From assembly GCA_030141605.1 (NCBI GenBank), contig JAQGDQ010000068.1, positions 620,001-684,000 on the forward strand: DNA of 64,000 bases. Reading direction: 5' to 3'. This document shows positions 1 to 13,112 of this stretch, in pieces. A program made the translations under genes and the position numbers. Below the pieces are notes generated by a model, which was not told where the DNA came from, ran no database searches, and saw only the letters and a program-made list of their open reading frames with translations. Numbering within the stretch: position 1 is the first letter of the stretch; the number at the start of each line of letters is the position of its first letter. This stretch comes from Tubiluchus corallicola (taxonomy: Eukaryota; Animalia; Priapulida).

Positions 1-50
1 ATTATGCGGTGAACACTCTAAATAAGGATATGGAGGTCTTCTTTTTTTAG

Positions 51-3000
51 AAAGGTGTTATGCATGGAACATTCAGTGCTCTAGAACACATGGGACTTAC
101 CAAAGGTGGACATGGCGGTGTTGTAGTTAATACAGCTTCTATTGCAGGTAAATCTTCATCAATTTAAAAACCTGTAAACGTTTGTTTGATGTAACTGATT
201 TTTAAAAAAGTGATAAGCGGCAGTTAAGCTAGGTTAGAAAGCCGGAAGGCTAGATTTTTTGTTTGTAAAAAGACGAAAGAGTTGGAAGAGCAAAAAAGGA
301 AAACGAAGAACCCATCTCACGCAACGACCAAGAGGAATATGACGCGGCACGGAAAATTATTTTTCCTTAAGTTTACTTTTCCTCAAAGGATCAAGAATGA
401 AGATATCAAAGTTGCATTCGTAAAAAGTAACATGGAGAATACGTAACAATACACCAGAATCATTAAAAGAACTTACAGTGTCCACTCTTCATCAATTAGT
501 GGAAGAGAGTTCTATTATGAAATGTAATCTATGCCAAAATTATTGAGATGGGTAATCTCCATTCTAAAGAAGAAAAAAAAAGTATAGTCAGTGACAGGAT
601 TACGCACAGATATTTTATGTTTGTTAATTTTTCATAAAATTAATATCGCTTAATTAATTACTTACAAGTTGGAAGTATAAAACATAGTCCATATATAATA
701 TAATTTAGTAAACACTGAACCGTTATGTTAAACAGAATCACAAATATGTAAACATATCTGCACTCTAGAAGCACTGGCACGCTAGTGGATCAGACTACAT
801 TGCTCCAGCTTATATAGGTATCTGGCAATGCTGCTGACCAATGGTCAGTCAATGCTGACCAATGGGCAGATGACATCACAATGATTGACAGATAACGGTC
901 GCTGTCATGCAAGTAGCCAAATCAGCTAACTGTTCCTCAAAGTAAATGGTCTAAGAATAGTTGCTGACCATTGACTAGCAAGTCAATAGATGAAGGACGT
1001 AGCAGTCAGCAGAACACAGTACTAAGAACAGAACTGATGTTAGATGCAAAAAAATAGACTTTCTAATCATAGCACAGAAGAACATATAAAAGCAGTGTCA
1101 GAACGCAGATACAAAGAGTTAAGAAGTGAGATCATGTCTCGTGCTTTAGCTATGTGCATTTGCTCTCGGTTTAGTTTTTTACTCCTTTGTGTTAATGTTA
1201 TGCATGTTTTTGTACTTCAATAAAATATACGATCACACTTCATCAATGTTTCTATACTTTGGAGAAAGGACTATAATAACGAACCAAACAACTAGAACAT
1301 TATTATTAGTCATTACTGAACCAGAGAAACCGAGTGGTGTGGTGTTGCTTGACAAAGTAAAAGCGTGATACGTTATTAAGAAGGGCATCTGTTGATGACA
1401 TTACAAAATTCAAGAAATTTGAAAACGAAAACAGACGCGGTATGTAAACAAAATATTTTCATCGTCAGCTTGACCGAGAGAGGTGTTTGTTTCTTCTGAA
1501 TAGCTCAAAACGTATGCAAAGTTAGTGACTTCGCCGTCACTGGCGTATTACTTCAAATGTGACAGTTATGAAAACCGCTCAGTGGGTTACACCACTCATT
1601 ACATATATCAGAGAGTTGAGAAACACCAATGTTTGACAGTTGGGATTCACTTGAGAGAATGCACTGGGCTGAAACCAAACTTGACTCATTTTTCAGTTGT
1701 TCAAAAATGCAAAATAAAATTCGAAAGCTAGTTACGTGAGGTTCTGGCCATAAAATACAGACGGATTCTGTTACGCTGGAGTTCTTTTAAATGTGTGGTC
1801 ATGTTAGACGCTTAACTATATAATGCTGCTTTTAGAATGTTAAACTTTTAATGCTTAAAATGACTCGAGTCTGTAGCCAAAACGTTGCCAAGTTGCATGT
1901 TACTTATTTGAATGACAATCCTAGATAACTAATGCGGCAAATGACTTTGCTTTATCCACTTGTCATGTGTGGGTTGTTGCTAAGACGCGTTGCTGTGGTT
2001 CACTTAACGTTTGACCTACAGCAACTGCACGTGCGCATAGCGAAACTGTGAAAAGGCTTATTTACTTTACTTAGTCAACCTTTAGTTCAAAAGTTTAGAA
2101 TAGCAATTAAATTCAGTCCCGAAATAGATTTTGTAAATTCTTATGCCAGGATTTACTAATAAATTAACATCAAGGACAATGGCAAGTTTTTAACCATGTT
2201 AATAAAAATATTGTATCACGCAGGTCTTATTCCAAGAGGCCCAAATGTGTGCTATGCAGCTAGTAAATGGGGAGTAGTAGGGTTCACTCAATCCATAGCT
2301 GAAGTAAGTAGTATCTTACATGCATATTGTATTTGCTCCTTATACTTAAGCTAAGCAGTTTATTAAGTTTGGTGTTACTGTTGAAGCTAAACCCATGTTA
2401 GCGCCAGTATCAGATGCACAGCTATCTTTCGATTGCAGGTTACTAAAATACAATAGCAATGTGCCAATAAATGATAAATTAATAAATAAATAAAAAAATA
2501 AAAAAAATAAATTATTACCAATCTAAACTTTTTTGTAGGCACATGCTAAGACAAATCTCAGTCCTGTAATCTCACTATAGGTCAAACGTATAATGATGAA
2601 ACGTATAGAAACATATTGTACTTTCGTTTATATAAAAATGTGGATAACATTGCTGTTACAGGATGATGCTCTAGAAGAGATTAGGTCATCTGGAGTCAGA
2701 ATTAATGCTATATGTCCTTACTTCGTTTGCGATACAGAAATGGCAAAAGTTGGGAGGAGAGACCACAAGCACCTATATAAATCAGCCGATGATCCTACTG
2801 CAAAACAATTCATGTTACGGTATCAAACCAAACCTTAGTTAAGATTGTGTAACAATGCAGGATCTGCTTGTCTCATCTGTTTACTTTTACAAACAGTTTG
2901 TGTTTTAATCTCGGGTGAAAATGTTTTAAACTATCCATACGCCTAGGTGTGCTTTAGAGCACATATACTAAAATTAGTTTTATTCAAAAAATTGCGTGTT

Positions 3001-4897
3001 CTTAATATCGGTCACATTAATCAATATAAAAACGTATGTTTTATGATCATCTTCTTAAATAATTTACTGCCAAATATTTTTAACGATTATTTGTGACAGA
3101 GATATTCACGAATATAATGAAAACAAGCAGACAAAAATAAAGCGTAAAATTAGCTCAATTTTTATTATAATAGAGATAATGGATAATGGATATAAAAGCG
3201 AGTAAACAAATGCTTACGTACAATATTCGTAAATGTAAAACTAACATATTGAGACATCTAGTCAAATATCATGGCACCGTCGAATGGAAAACTATCCCAA
3301 ATGCCGTAAAACCCCCACAAATGCTCAATACTTTAAAGAAAAAACGAACAAATAGGTACTTCTTGTGCCTTTAGGCTGCGCCAGCTATAATAGCGAAAAC
3401 AGTTACATTGTACTATTATTGCAGCAATAATATACTTCAAAAATATAAATTATTAGATTTAGGCCTATATGATCTCATAACTGCATCGCAAAACTTTTTG
3501 CGAAGATCAGGAAGGGAGTTACGTTGTGCAATACACATGAACATGCAACTTAGGCTTTGCTATTGTTAGAGGTAATCGGTAACTAATGGAGTATATATCA
3601 TAACTAGTCTTAAGATACACCCTTAGGCACTTTGACTCTAGTTTAGATATACCTAGTACAGAATGGGGGTATATTTAAACTGGTACAACCGTGCAGTACC
3701 TAGAGTCATGAAACTTGCAGGCTAGGTAATTGGGATAGGGCCCAGACAATGGTATGGTGAACAGTGACTTTTAGTGAAAGGTTCAAAATCAGTAGACATC
3801 CGTCAATTTTACAATTGTCGTGCAGCTCTTCCTAGACTGAATTTTTTTTCACAACTATGGAGCTGGGGTGGGATAAATGTGCATTAACTATTTATCAAAC
3901 GTTAACTAAAGCGTGGCAGGGGGCAAATGTCGAAATGAGGGCAAACGGTTTGTCACTCAACGCTTCTTGCAGTACTGTGGTTAGAATCCTGTGTTTTTTT
4001 AATGTATGGGTGGGTATGGATAACTGGGTAGGCTCTAGTTACTGGCCAAACCTGATGTCCTGTCTGGTTGAAAACAAAATGAGATCGACATGAAAAAGAT
4101 CGTCTCCAAACACCAAAATGTCTCGCTCCAAAAACATGTCAAGACGCTTTGTAACTTAGATCGTTTGGGCGTCGGTATTTTCTTTTTTGAGCAGTTATAT
4201 CAGTTTGATCAGTTTCCATATTATAAACAGCTCCTTAGTGACACAGTGGGCTTTGTGGCCGGAGTTAAACATCGCCAGTACATAAGTAGGTGATAGAACA
4301 CAGCTTTTAGGCAGCGTCATATACCGCCCATTACAAATCTTGTTAAATTCAGTCTATCCATTACCACCTAAATTAAATAAGACGGTCGTTGAGAGCTATA
4401 TCCTAGATAGCACGTAAAGTGCCGAGCTGTGCCAAAAAACTAATCTAAATTTTGACTTTAACTTTTTTAATACTAAACGCAAAAATTACATTTAAACTCT
4501 AATGAGTAGAGTAAGTGAACGAGTAGGGTAAATGGAAAAAAGTGTTTCATTGCTACTTGTATATAAAAACCAATTAAAGTACACAGCAATGTGACTCGAC
4601 ACAATTATTCGTTAAATATCTTAATCTGATACAGTATCCAAACGCTATTATCAGCTGTATTCTTATCTAAATTTCCAATACTTTCGCTTCAGTGGTATCT
4701 TTTCTTTCCAGGGGGTTGCAATATTAACTTCTTTTTTCAGAGCTTCAGATGTTGGAAATTTTTTCGCGGAAATAGTGGAAGATGACAGCTTAAATGGAGC
4801 CATAGTAGCTGTATCAGGAAAAGGAAAGAAAGTGTTGTATCCCTCTGCTCACAGCGAGGTACGGGATCTAATAGCCAAGGCGTACAGAAAGCAGTAG
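51..4897 (+). CDS. HPGD: 15-hydroxyprostaglandin dehydrogenase-like short-chain dehydrogenase/reductase, last 4 coding exons (5' part outside the window)
   Basis: GT-AG exons 51-147 (KGVMHGTFSALEHMGLTKGGHGGVVVNTASIAG), 2224-2303 (GLIPRGPNVCYAASKWGVVGFTQSIAE, catalytic YxxxK), 2662-2819 (SGVRINAICPYFVCDT) and 4741-4897 (EDDSLNGAIV...stop). Phases join in frame (492 nt). Motifs parallel 15-PGDH (GGIIINMSSLAG, YCASKHG, GVRLNAICPGFV, EDDALNGAIM). AATAAA near 4986. Orthologue versus paralogue is untested. Confidence 0.85.
726..1299 (+). mobile_element. Possible solo LTR in HPGD-like intron
   Basis: Begins TGTT and ends AACA. Repeated GCTGACCAATGG (CCAAT) boxes at 830-865, TATAAAAG at 1085 and AATAAA at 1219, in U3-R-U5 order. 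No clean TSD found. Confidence 0.35.
2930..3400 (+). mobile_element. Degraded L2/Crack-type LINE ORF2 3' fragment
   Basis: Translation YNIRKCKTNILRHLVKYHGTVEWKTIPNAVKPPQMLNTLKKK resembles the L2-clade C-terminal pattern (RT..R..S..Y.G...WN.LP..IK...L..FKK). Boundaries approximate. Confidence 0.5.
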
Positions 4898-7817
4898 AAC
4901 TGATCGGCAACTTCGTGCAAAAAATTAAATTTCGTGGAAGCTGGAATATGAGACAAGGATATGATAATGCGTCAAAATACGTTGAAATAAATAAATTTAA
5001 TAGATACAAACAAAGCGGCGTGGATTTTAATTCTTTAAATGTGCAAATTATTTACACTTCTCATAGTACAAAAGTAAAAATATAGCTTGCTCAAGTTTAT
5101 GTTCTTCGACTACTCAGTTTGAACAACTTCGGTGCCAACACATGCATAAACATGGCTCACAACTTATAAAGGAAACAGTTATGTGATTATTGGGTTGGGT
5201 AATAAAAAGACAGTTTGAGTTTCAAGTTAAATTTGTTAAACGAATGGCACTGTATGTATGGTCAGGGGAAAGTTTCTAAGACTGAACTGATAGAGCGGCA
5301 TTGATTCATAAGATAAAATGATTGCGAAGCATCCTAAAATTTAAAAATAAACGATAAATGGATTGTTGTTACGAACGAAAGGTATCAATATCGTATCAAA
5401 ACCACAATAAAAGATAGGAATAAATTAATATAACATTTGTATTAATTGTTCCTAGTTGCGTAAGTTAAGTCTCAAACATAGGTTAGCTAAGGAACTGCAG
5501 CTTTAATTAGAATGATAATTATAATGTGCAACTAAACGTCAGTTTGAAAACTTGTTTTACAATAATAAATTAGGCTCTACGCCACTGCTTTTGACAATTT
5601 AAGTCTTTAAAGACATCATATATAATTAGTAACTCATCTGAAGTGCAATTATAGCAGCAACGGACATTCTAAAGATGGTCGCTAAAGCTAAAAAAATCGA
5701 ATCAATCATTTTTGAATTTATTAGTTCAACTAATGAAGCCCAGAATTCATAGACCTTAATAGCACAATACACCCTATTGCACTGTGGCTTCAGCGTTGAT
5801 TTGCCACATCACGTTCAAAAATCGTTTGCACAACAGTAATAATATGAAGTTAACTCACTTAGAGAAACTAAGCTTACCTCGATTTTGATAAGTTAATGTT
5901 ATGAACAGTTTACTATAGATGAATGTTTAGCTAGTATTATGAATAGGTACTGTAAGTACTGCGGGATGGGAAAGCCACACACCTGTCCTTCAACTAGTGC
6001 ATAATTTGGAAACTAGGTTATCGTCCTAGTTTTATTTCGACGGCTTCAGTCGGCACGTTTTCACGCTATGAACCCAGCGTCACATTTTGGTGACAGCGGT
6101 GAGATCTTGTCAGTTATTGAGTTGCTGGTTATTATACAGTTGATTAATGGAACACTTTGAGTAAAGTATTGCATTATTGAAACGAGCGCTTCATAATCAA
6201 AATTAAAGTAAACATTGCCCTCAGTTTTCGTACATGTAAATACTATTACTCTACGATTACGTAAACCCTCCCACTAAATATCGTGTCTCATAAAGCGACT
6301 TACGCCCCTGTTTCATTGAACTATAAGACTGTTGAAACACTTAAAGTAACTGCACCTGAAATCGGCATATCAGTCCTTCCCAGAACAACGCCTACTTTAA
6401 TAGATGCTATTTTGAAACAGCCTCGACGTAATTATTTTAGATAAATATGAATGCACCTTTATTATACATACTGTGCTTCTTGTGCAGCATTATAATATAT
6501 CGTTCATAAAACACTATAAAGTAATACTAATAAAGTATTAGAAGTTTTAATCTCGCGACTTTCATAAGCTAAAAAGATCGATATAGCCTACCTATAAGTA
6601 CAATAGAAAAAATGACGCAAAATGTAATCTTAAAGCGCGAACGCGTACAGTAGTGTGCGAATAACCTGATCTCACGACAGCATCGATGACACGATTTCTT
6701 AAGTGTCTTTACACTTCCAAAAAATGATTTCGTGTAAAAACCATTTGAACCCAATAATTTATGACAAAGGCAACCCGATCAGCATTTATTTACTGTTTCC
6801 CAAAGGCAATTATGTCAAATAAATACGTTTATAAAAAAATTCTTGGAACACCGTCATTAATTTAGCGCTACATTATACAAGTAGTAGGACACTTTTCAAA
6901 AGAAACAAAATGCTACCAATGGGCGCATTAAAAAGTCTTTATAACGACCTCTTTACGAAAGTTTTCGATCAGGAATGACCTTTAAATAGGAATCAAGGTT
7001 CTACTAATATAACTCTGGCATGGACTATAAAAACAAATCCAATCAAAGTGATTGAAAACTCGAAATTATACAATTCAGTAAGTCTGTAATATTCAAACAT
7101 TACCTAATCAAAATTTTCAGGAAAGAAAACAAAGCGACTGTTGACATAAGTCTGTTGTAATTAGAGCAACCGAGTGACTTTATTTTTCTTTAATCTCGTT
7201 AAATTCAGATAACATTGAATTTAATTTTGTGCCATCATTTATTTATTTATTTTTTTGTTTCCTATTGTGGTCATTTATTAGACTAAATTAGAAAATACAA
7301 AGGCAGAATTTTCAAAATTAAGCAGTTATCGCAAAGATGAAACTGGTGTAATTTAATACTTAAATTAGTACACGCACCGTGTGTGGTCTCTCCTAGTGTG
7401 ACCCCAAGATGTTTTTGATCCGCATTTTTCTGGATATCGAAACGGTGATTTGATAACTTAATGTGAATGTTGGTCCTACTGCGCATATGCAGTAACAACG
7501 ACATTAGCCAGGGTAAATCAGTCAGACTATCAATTTTTATATCACATTTTATTACTTCTTACATTTTCAACTGTTAGTTGACGCATCGACTCGTTCAGCT
7601 CTGACTTTATTTATTAACTTTTTATATCCACGTAACCAATGAACTATAGACAGAATATTACGATCATAAATAATCCCGCGACACGAATTAATATGCACCA
7701 CTTTAAGGTCGGCTAGTTCTGCCATAAAAATGAAATCCTTTCAGAATTTTTAAAGTAACTACAGATGCTGTATCTCTGTGTCTTCTGTTAATTACAGATT
7801 AACATTGCTTTTTGATT

Positions 7818-8097
<280 letters not shown>

Positions 8098-8847
8098 CCG
8101 TGGAATAACTGATGAAGGGATCTGCAAGTAAGATGATAGTTATTACAAACTAAAACTTGTGTTTCTTTCTTGTGTGCAAAAACTGTCTGGCGTTAAGATA
8201 GATGGTTACGTCATCTATTTTTGTACCCCCGGCATACAAAGAGAACAAGTGGCTAGCCACTCAGTAACTACTCAGCCACCACATATACCTCCCTCTTTTT
8301 CTTTTATTTTTATCCGTATAAATTATGACAAGATTCGCAAGTTACAAAGTAAACGCAAAAATAGACCTTAGAAGACCAGGTGAAAAAATGAAAAAAATAG
8401 ACCAGTAGCTTTTTAAACATTAGACTGTAGTTTAACATAATGTGTTGCAATGCACGCAACGTGGAAACATTAATCAACTTTTAAGGAGCAGCGACAGAAC
8501 AAAAACCTAAAATCTGATTAACTTACCTAGACTACTGTTCAATACGAACAGGAAATTAAAAATTATAAGCTAATTAAACACACTATTACAAGGAGCTTTA
8601 AACAGAGAACACAACACTCTTGAGAGTTTACCAACTTCTCATTGTACTCATGAACCAGAAGGAACTCAAGGTTAAGGCGGTGGAGAGTAAACACCTGACC
8701 AGTCGCCAATCCAGTGCTGGAAACCACCGAGCTCAGTGGGTGTAGTGCAATAGGCCAGCTGATTTTGCGAAGGTCAGGAATCAAAAAGGGCAAACAGAGA
8801 TGAACAGTTTGTCACATTATATTTTGCAGACTTTGGAATGAACGCTC

Positions 8848-8849
<2 letters not shown>

Positions 8850-8927
<78 letters not shown>
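8850..8927. repeat. (TG)n microsatellite
   Basis: About 39 TG units with one CG interruption. Confidence 0.95.
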
Positions 8928-8928
<1 letters not shown>

Positions 8929-9318
8929 CATGCCTATTTTGTACTACTTCTCGGTTTGTACACATTTTGTACACGTTCTGCGGCCGTGGATGTCATGATA
9001 CAGCTACTACAGCTTCAATTCATGTCAGCACTCATCAGCCATCATTGCAGCCTGATGACGCAGCTTTATTCAACATTTTGCTTAATTAGTTAGAAATTAA
9101 TGGCCTTTTTAATGCAGCCGCACTCACTGGCGTCTTATTGCTTAATCAGAATTTAATCTTACTGGGATTAACGTAAGAAAAAGCCACTCTGTCGCTGTCA
9201 GGCTTTAGCTTGTTTGAATAAGAAAACGACTAAGAAGTACAAAGAAGCTAGCCAAAATGAAATGAGCAGCCTTGTTAAGTCCTCACGAGCAGCCTTTGTA
9301 AGCTTAGGCTACAAATCT

Positions 9319-9652
9319 TAAGGTGGGGTGAGATTCTCAATAAGAAAGCCAATTCGAATCGAACCGAATTTGCGTGTCTTTTGAACTCTAATCAAACCGA
9401 ATGTCGAGATTTCAAATCAGAAGCGAATTCAATTTTAAAGATTTTCGAATAAGTAATAAAAAGCACTCTCACAAAGAACATGGATATTACCTGATTTCAT
9501 TCTGCAGTAAAGATACTAATAATTCGTTTAAAAATTATGCACAGAAAACACAGCTAAACTGCTCTAATAGAATGCTGTTTCAAATGTTTTCATGATAAAG
9601 AACTCATTTAGTTAAAGTGCAACATTATTCGAACGCTCCGTTCTCACCCGTA
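9319..9652. mobile_element. Degenerate MITE with TTCGAAT subterminal motifs
   Basis: Short inverted ends GGGTGAGA / TCTCACCC and repeated TTCGAAT/CGAAT words inside. No TSD established. Confidence 0.35.
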
Positions 9653-9905
9653 ACTCCTAGGTAAGCATAGTACAACAGCTAAAAGTTTCGTGTATACATC
9701 GCAAAATTTCGGACAGATACCCCAAAAACATAGATGGCTATGGGCAACGCCACCTCGTTGCACCCCCCCCATCTTTGTCGGCTTATCGCATTACCAACAG
9801 CAATGACGACTGATGAGTGAGGAAGGGCTTTTTGGGACCACAGAAAATGCTAACGCAGTCTCGCCTAGTGGCAGCAGCATAATAGTAGCCAAATGGCAAA
9901 TCGTC

Positions 9906-11209
9906 TGTAAGCACCCATTATGTAATAATTACAAGTGCTCATTATATAATACGCGCCCGTTATATGTAGTAAAATCTACCCATTATCAAGTATCCTTAGG
10001 TGCCTAAAGCTAAATAAAAATAAAATTTACCCATTTTATAATAACTGGTGTGCCCCATAATGTAATAAAAAATCTGTGCATTAGGTTTTTAACATCTAAT
10101 ACATTTATAGTTAGTTTGAAATTGATTATGGCGCTGCAATGAATTGCTAAACCACATGTTGCTGGCGCCGGTTTCACAAAGCAGTCACTAAGTTAACGAG
10201 AAACAACGACTTCGTTATTACAGTCACTAAACTATTAATAACAACGCCAAAAACTTAGTGACTTGCTGGAGAAACAAGGTTCGAATCTACTGTGTCCACT
10301 GTTGTATTTGTACAGAATTCAATCGTTTCTCATTGATTCAATTCGTAAATTGTACTGCAAAAAAGGAAGGATTTCCTAATCGTTTATGGAAACAAATTTT
10401 ACGACGATTTTTGTCATTAACTCATTATCATTTGAGCTAAAAATTTCATAAAAATTGTTTTGCTTTATCTTAATTGGTTTCTGGTTCATCTATCCATGGA
10501 AATGTTAAGATTCATCGATGATTTAGCGCGACTAACACAACTTGGTTCGAATCGAATCATATTTTCATGACTTTGAGTTAAAAACTTCACCGCAGTTGAA
10601 TCAAACTTGAAAAAGCAGATACACTGTGGCTATAATTATCCTTTAATACAGTCAAAGCAATAATTGTTAGGTCTACTGCAACTTGAAGCAAGCGTTCATT
10701 TAACTGCAACTTGTAATAATTTAAGTAGAGTCATTAACTATTTACAGTTTTAAAATGATAATTCAGTAATTCAAAATATAATTCAATGATTGTTACAATT
10801 ATTACTAGCTATACACTACAAAACAATTCTGCGAATAAACCCAAAGTAACAACTCACGCCACACCATCCTCAGGGGTAACCTTACACCACACCTTCCTCA
10901 CCGCACCACCTACACATTATGAAGGGACTTTCCGTTCACACTGTACCACTCACATCACGTAGGCTAACTGATAATTGTTAACAGATATACAAGTTACATT
11001 AATCTATACGCAGGATGTAATGGGTGCTCGCTCACAAACAGAATGGGCAAATTTACATTACACAATGGACACATCAGATTATTACATAAAGGGCAAATTT
11101 ATTGTTATATTTTAGGCACCTTAATTATTACATAATGGATCGGTTTTATAACATAATAGGCATTTTTGTATTACATAAAGGGTCAATTACTACGTAATGG
11201 GTCCTTACA
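9906..11209. mobile_element. Non-autonomous foldback/MULE-like DNA transposon with ~170-bp imperfect TIRs
   Basis: Left end TGTAAGCACCCATTATGTAATAATT matches the reverse complement of the right end (TGTAAGGACCCATTACGTAGTAATT). Similarity continues ~170 bp, including AGGTGCCTAAA, and is built from CCCATTATGTAATA sub-repeats. Flanks CAAATCGTC / AAAGCCGTC (6/9) may be a decayed 9-bp TSD. Confidence 0.75.
10164..10282. mobile_element. Small palindromic MITE (Harbinger-like end) nested in the foldback element
   Basis: CCGGTTTCACAAAGCAGTCACTAAGTT ... AACTTAGTGACTTGCTGGAGAAACAAGG imperfect inverted repeat. Confidence 0.45.
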
Positions 11210-12837
11210 AAAGCCGTCTCTCCTCCTGTACTAAAGCTAAAAAACTCAAAGTTTGCCAAATGTTCGTGTGGCTACATTTTTCTGTCTCAGTGATCGCAGA
11301 ATTCTACCAGAGCGTCGCGGCCGATTTAAAAAAAATGATGAGTGCAGACTGTGTAGTCTTCATTACAGTTTTCCTTCATAAACAGCTAGATCGATCTGCC
11401 TGCTGTTGGTTTAATAAGCATAAAAATAGCAAAGCCAAGAAACGAATTAACATCAACTGAAATTGTTACTATAGGTATGTGTTGTGTACTACATGCCCAA
11501 ATGTTTTAAAATGTTCGAAAAGTTAATGCTTGTTGTGTAGGATTCAAGAGAAGTTTATGAATTCTCCAACAATTTTGTAGAATAATCTACTTTATTATAA
11601 TTACATTAAATTGAAATAACTTTTCAAGAGAATAAACCAATGTTTTGCCTAGCAACGAAATCGATTCTTTAGCATTTTTTTGAGAATGTCAAATCACCAG
11701 CAATATATTCAACTACGGGTATCGCCTGCTGATCATAATTTTTTTTGGCAAATTCAATTCGATTGCAAGTTAAAGAGAGACGACTTCTTAAGCAATCATG
11801 TGAAATGTGGAGAAAATGCCTCAATATTCTTTCCCTCTCGTTGTTATGCCAATGTTGCCCGTGGCTACGAGATTTCTCAGGGAAAATTTGATCAGAAACT
11901 GTAAGTAAATCTGCATAGTGCGCACTAGAGAGTAATAACTAGTTACTGATGGTTGAAATGAAAGCTCTGTAAATTGGAATAAGAGCAAGAAAGAGTGGAA
12001 TGCCAGCTCCCCCAAGGAAAGATAATCTGTCATTGCTGTAACATTATGCAGTTGCAGTATTTTGTGTGAAAGGATAAGAAAAGATGTAAGAAAAAGACGT
12101 ACAGAAACTGACTGGTTAGCTATAGATACTTTTCTATTCCAGTTTCAGCAATATCCATCATTTAGCAGCACTGCTTGCATAAATTTATGATTATGCGTTT
12201 TGCATGAACAATCATTCAGCATAAGTTATTATTTTCTTAGCTATAATCCTACCCATTCTTACAGTCTGGATACTAGTTATGACAGAAATTAGGCGATGAT
12301 TTGTAAAGATTAAATTAGTACATTAAAAATAATTTTTAGAATTTTGTGTAGTAACACAAACGCTGTTTTACTATAACTGCTAAGGCTGTAGGTTAGCCAA
12401 CTATACAGTTCATTATTTACTCAGTTTTTGGAAGGTAACGCATATACAAATTCAAAAGTGTGAAGTACATACTGTTAACAATCATACTGTTCTGTTCAGG
12501 TCATACATTAAACACTGCATAAAATAAGGGATAATTTCATTATACATATGTGGGTATTTGGAGATAACAGGAGTTATCCACAGATTTACAATGCAATTAT
12601 CCATCTTATCCCGTGTTTAATATAATAATATAATATTAAATTATCTTATATTAAGATATTAAATTATAAGAATCTTAAGTATGAAAGTACGACACTCATA
12701 TTATAAAAATAATTTCATTATAAATCTGTGCGTAATTGCTTAACACCTACAAATTCTACATTCAATTGAACAGGACTTATTGACTGAGATAAATCCTGTC
12801 CTCATGAAATAGAAATTCAGTTAATTTACCTAATGGA

Positions 12838-13112
12838 CTAGGCGAGAAAAGAATTGATTTGATAAGGCAATGTAATTTCGTGAGAAGCCTGCCTCCCGTC
12901 ATCGACAAGCAGCACTTGTCTGAGAATAAAACACTGCATGTAACACCAGAAATTCTGGGACGCACACAAATAGAAAATACATTGAACATCGATCACTGTG
13001 TCCACTGGAGAGTCCACACTGTCTTCCCTGATTAACGTTAGGTGGAATTCGGGCTGACGATTCAAACGCGTCATTGTCTGCAGTGGGGGTGTAGATGTCG
13101 ACAAAATCGTCT
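12838..13112 (-). CDS. NHLRC2: NHLRC2 terminal exon, ~12.9 kb from the preceding exon
   Basis: Acceptor TTGTTATTTCCAG and phase 1 match the donor after 26033 (G+AG = Glu). The peptide QPEFHLTL...[32 protein letters not shown]...ITLPYQI aligns by eye with the recalled NHLRC2 C-terminus (QPTISLQI...[30 protein letters not shown]...VELRYVF). Confidence 0.82.

Noticed and set aside
8838-9093. Cys-Val-rich ORFs resembling metallothionein
   Set aside because: Produced by the (TG)n tract.
10277-10290. GGTTCGAATC B-box suggesting a tRNA gene (also near 10543)
   Set aside because: No A-box or cloverleaf; lies in TTCGAAT-rich repeat sequence.
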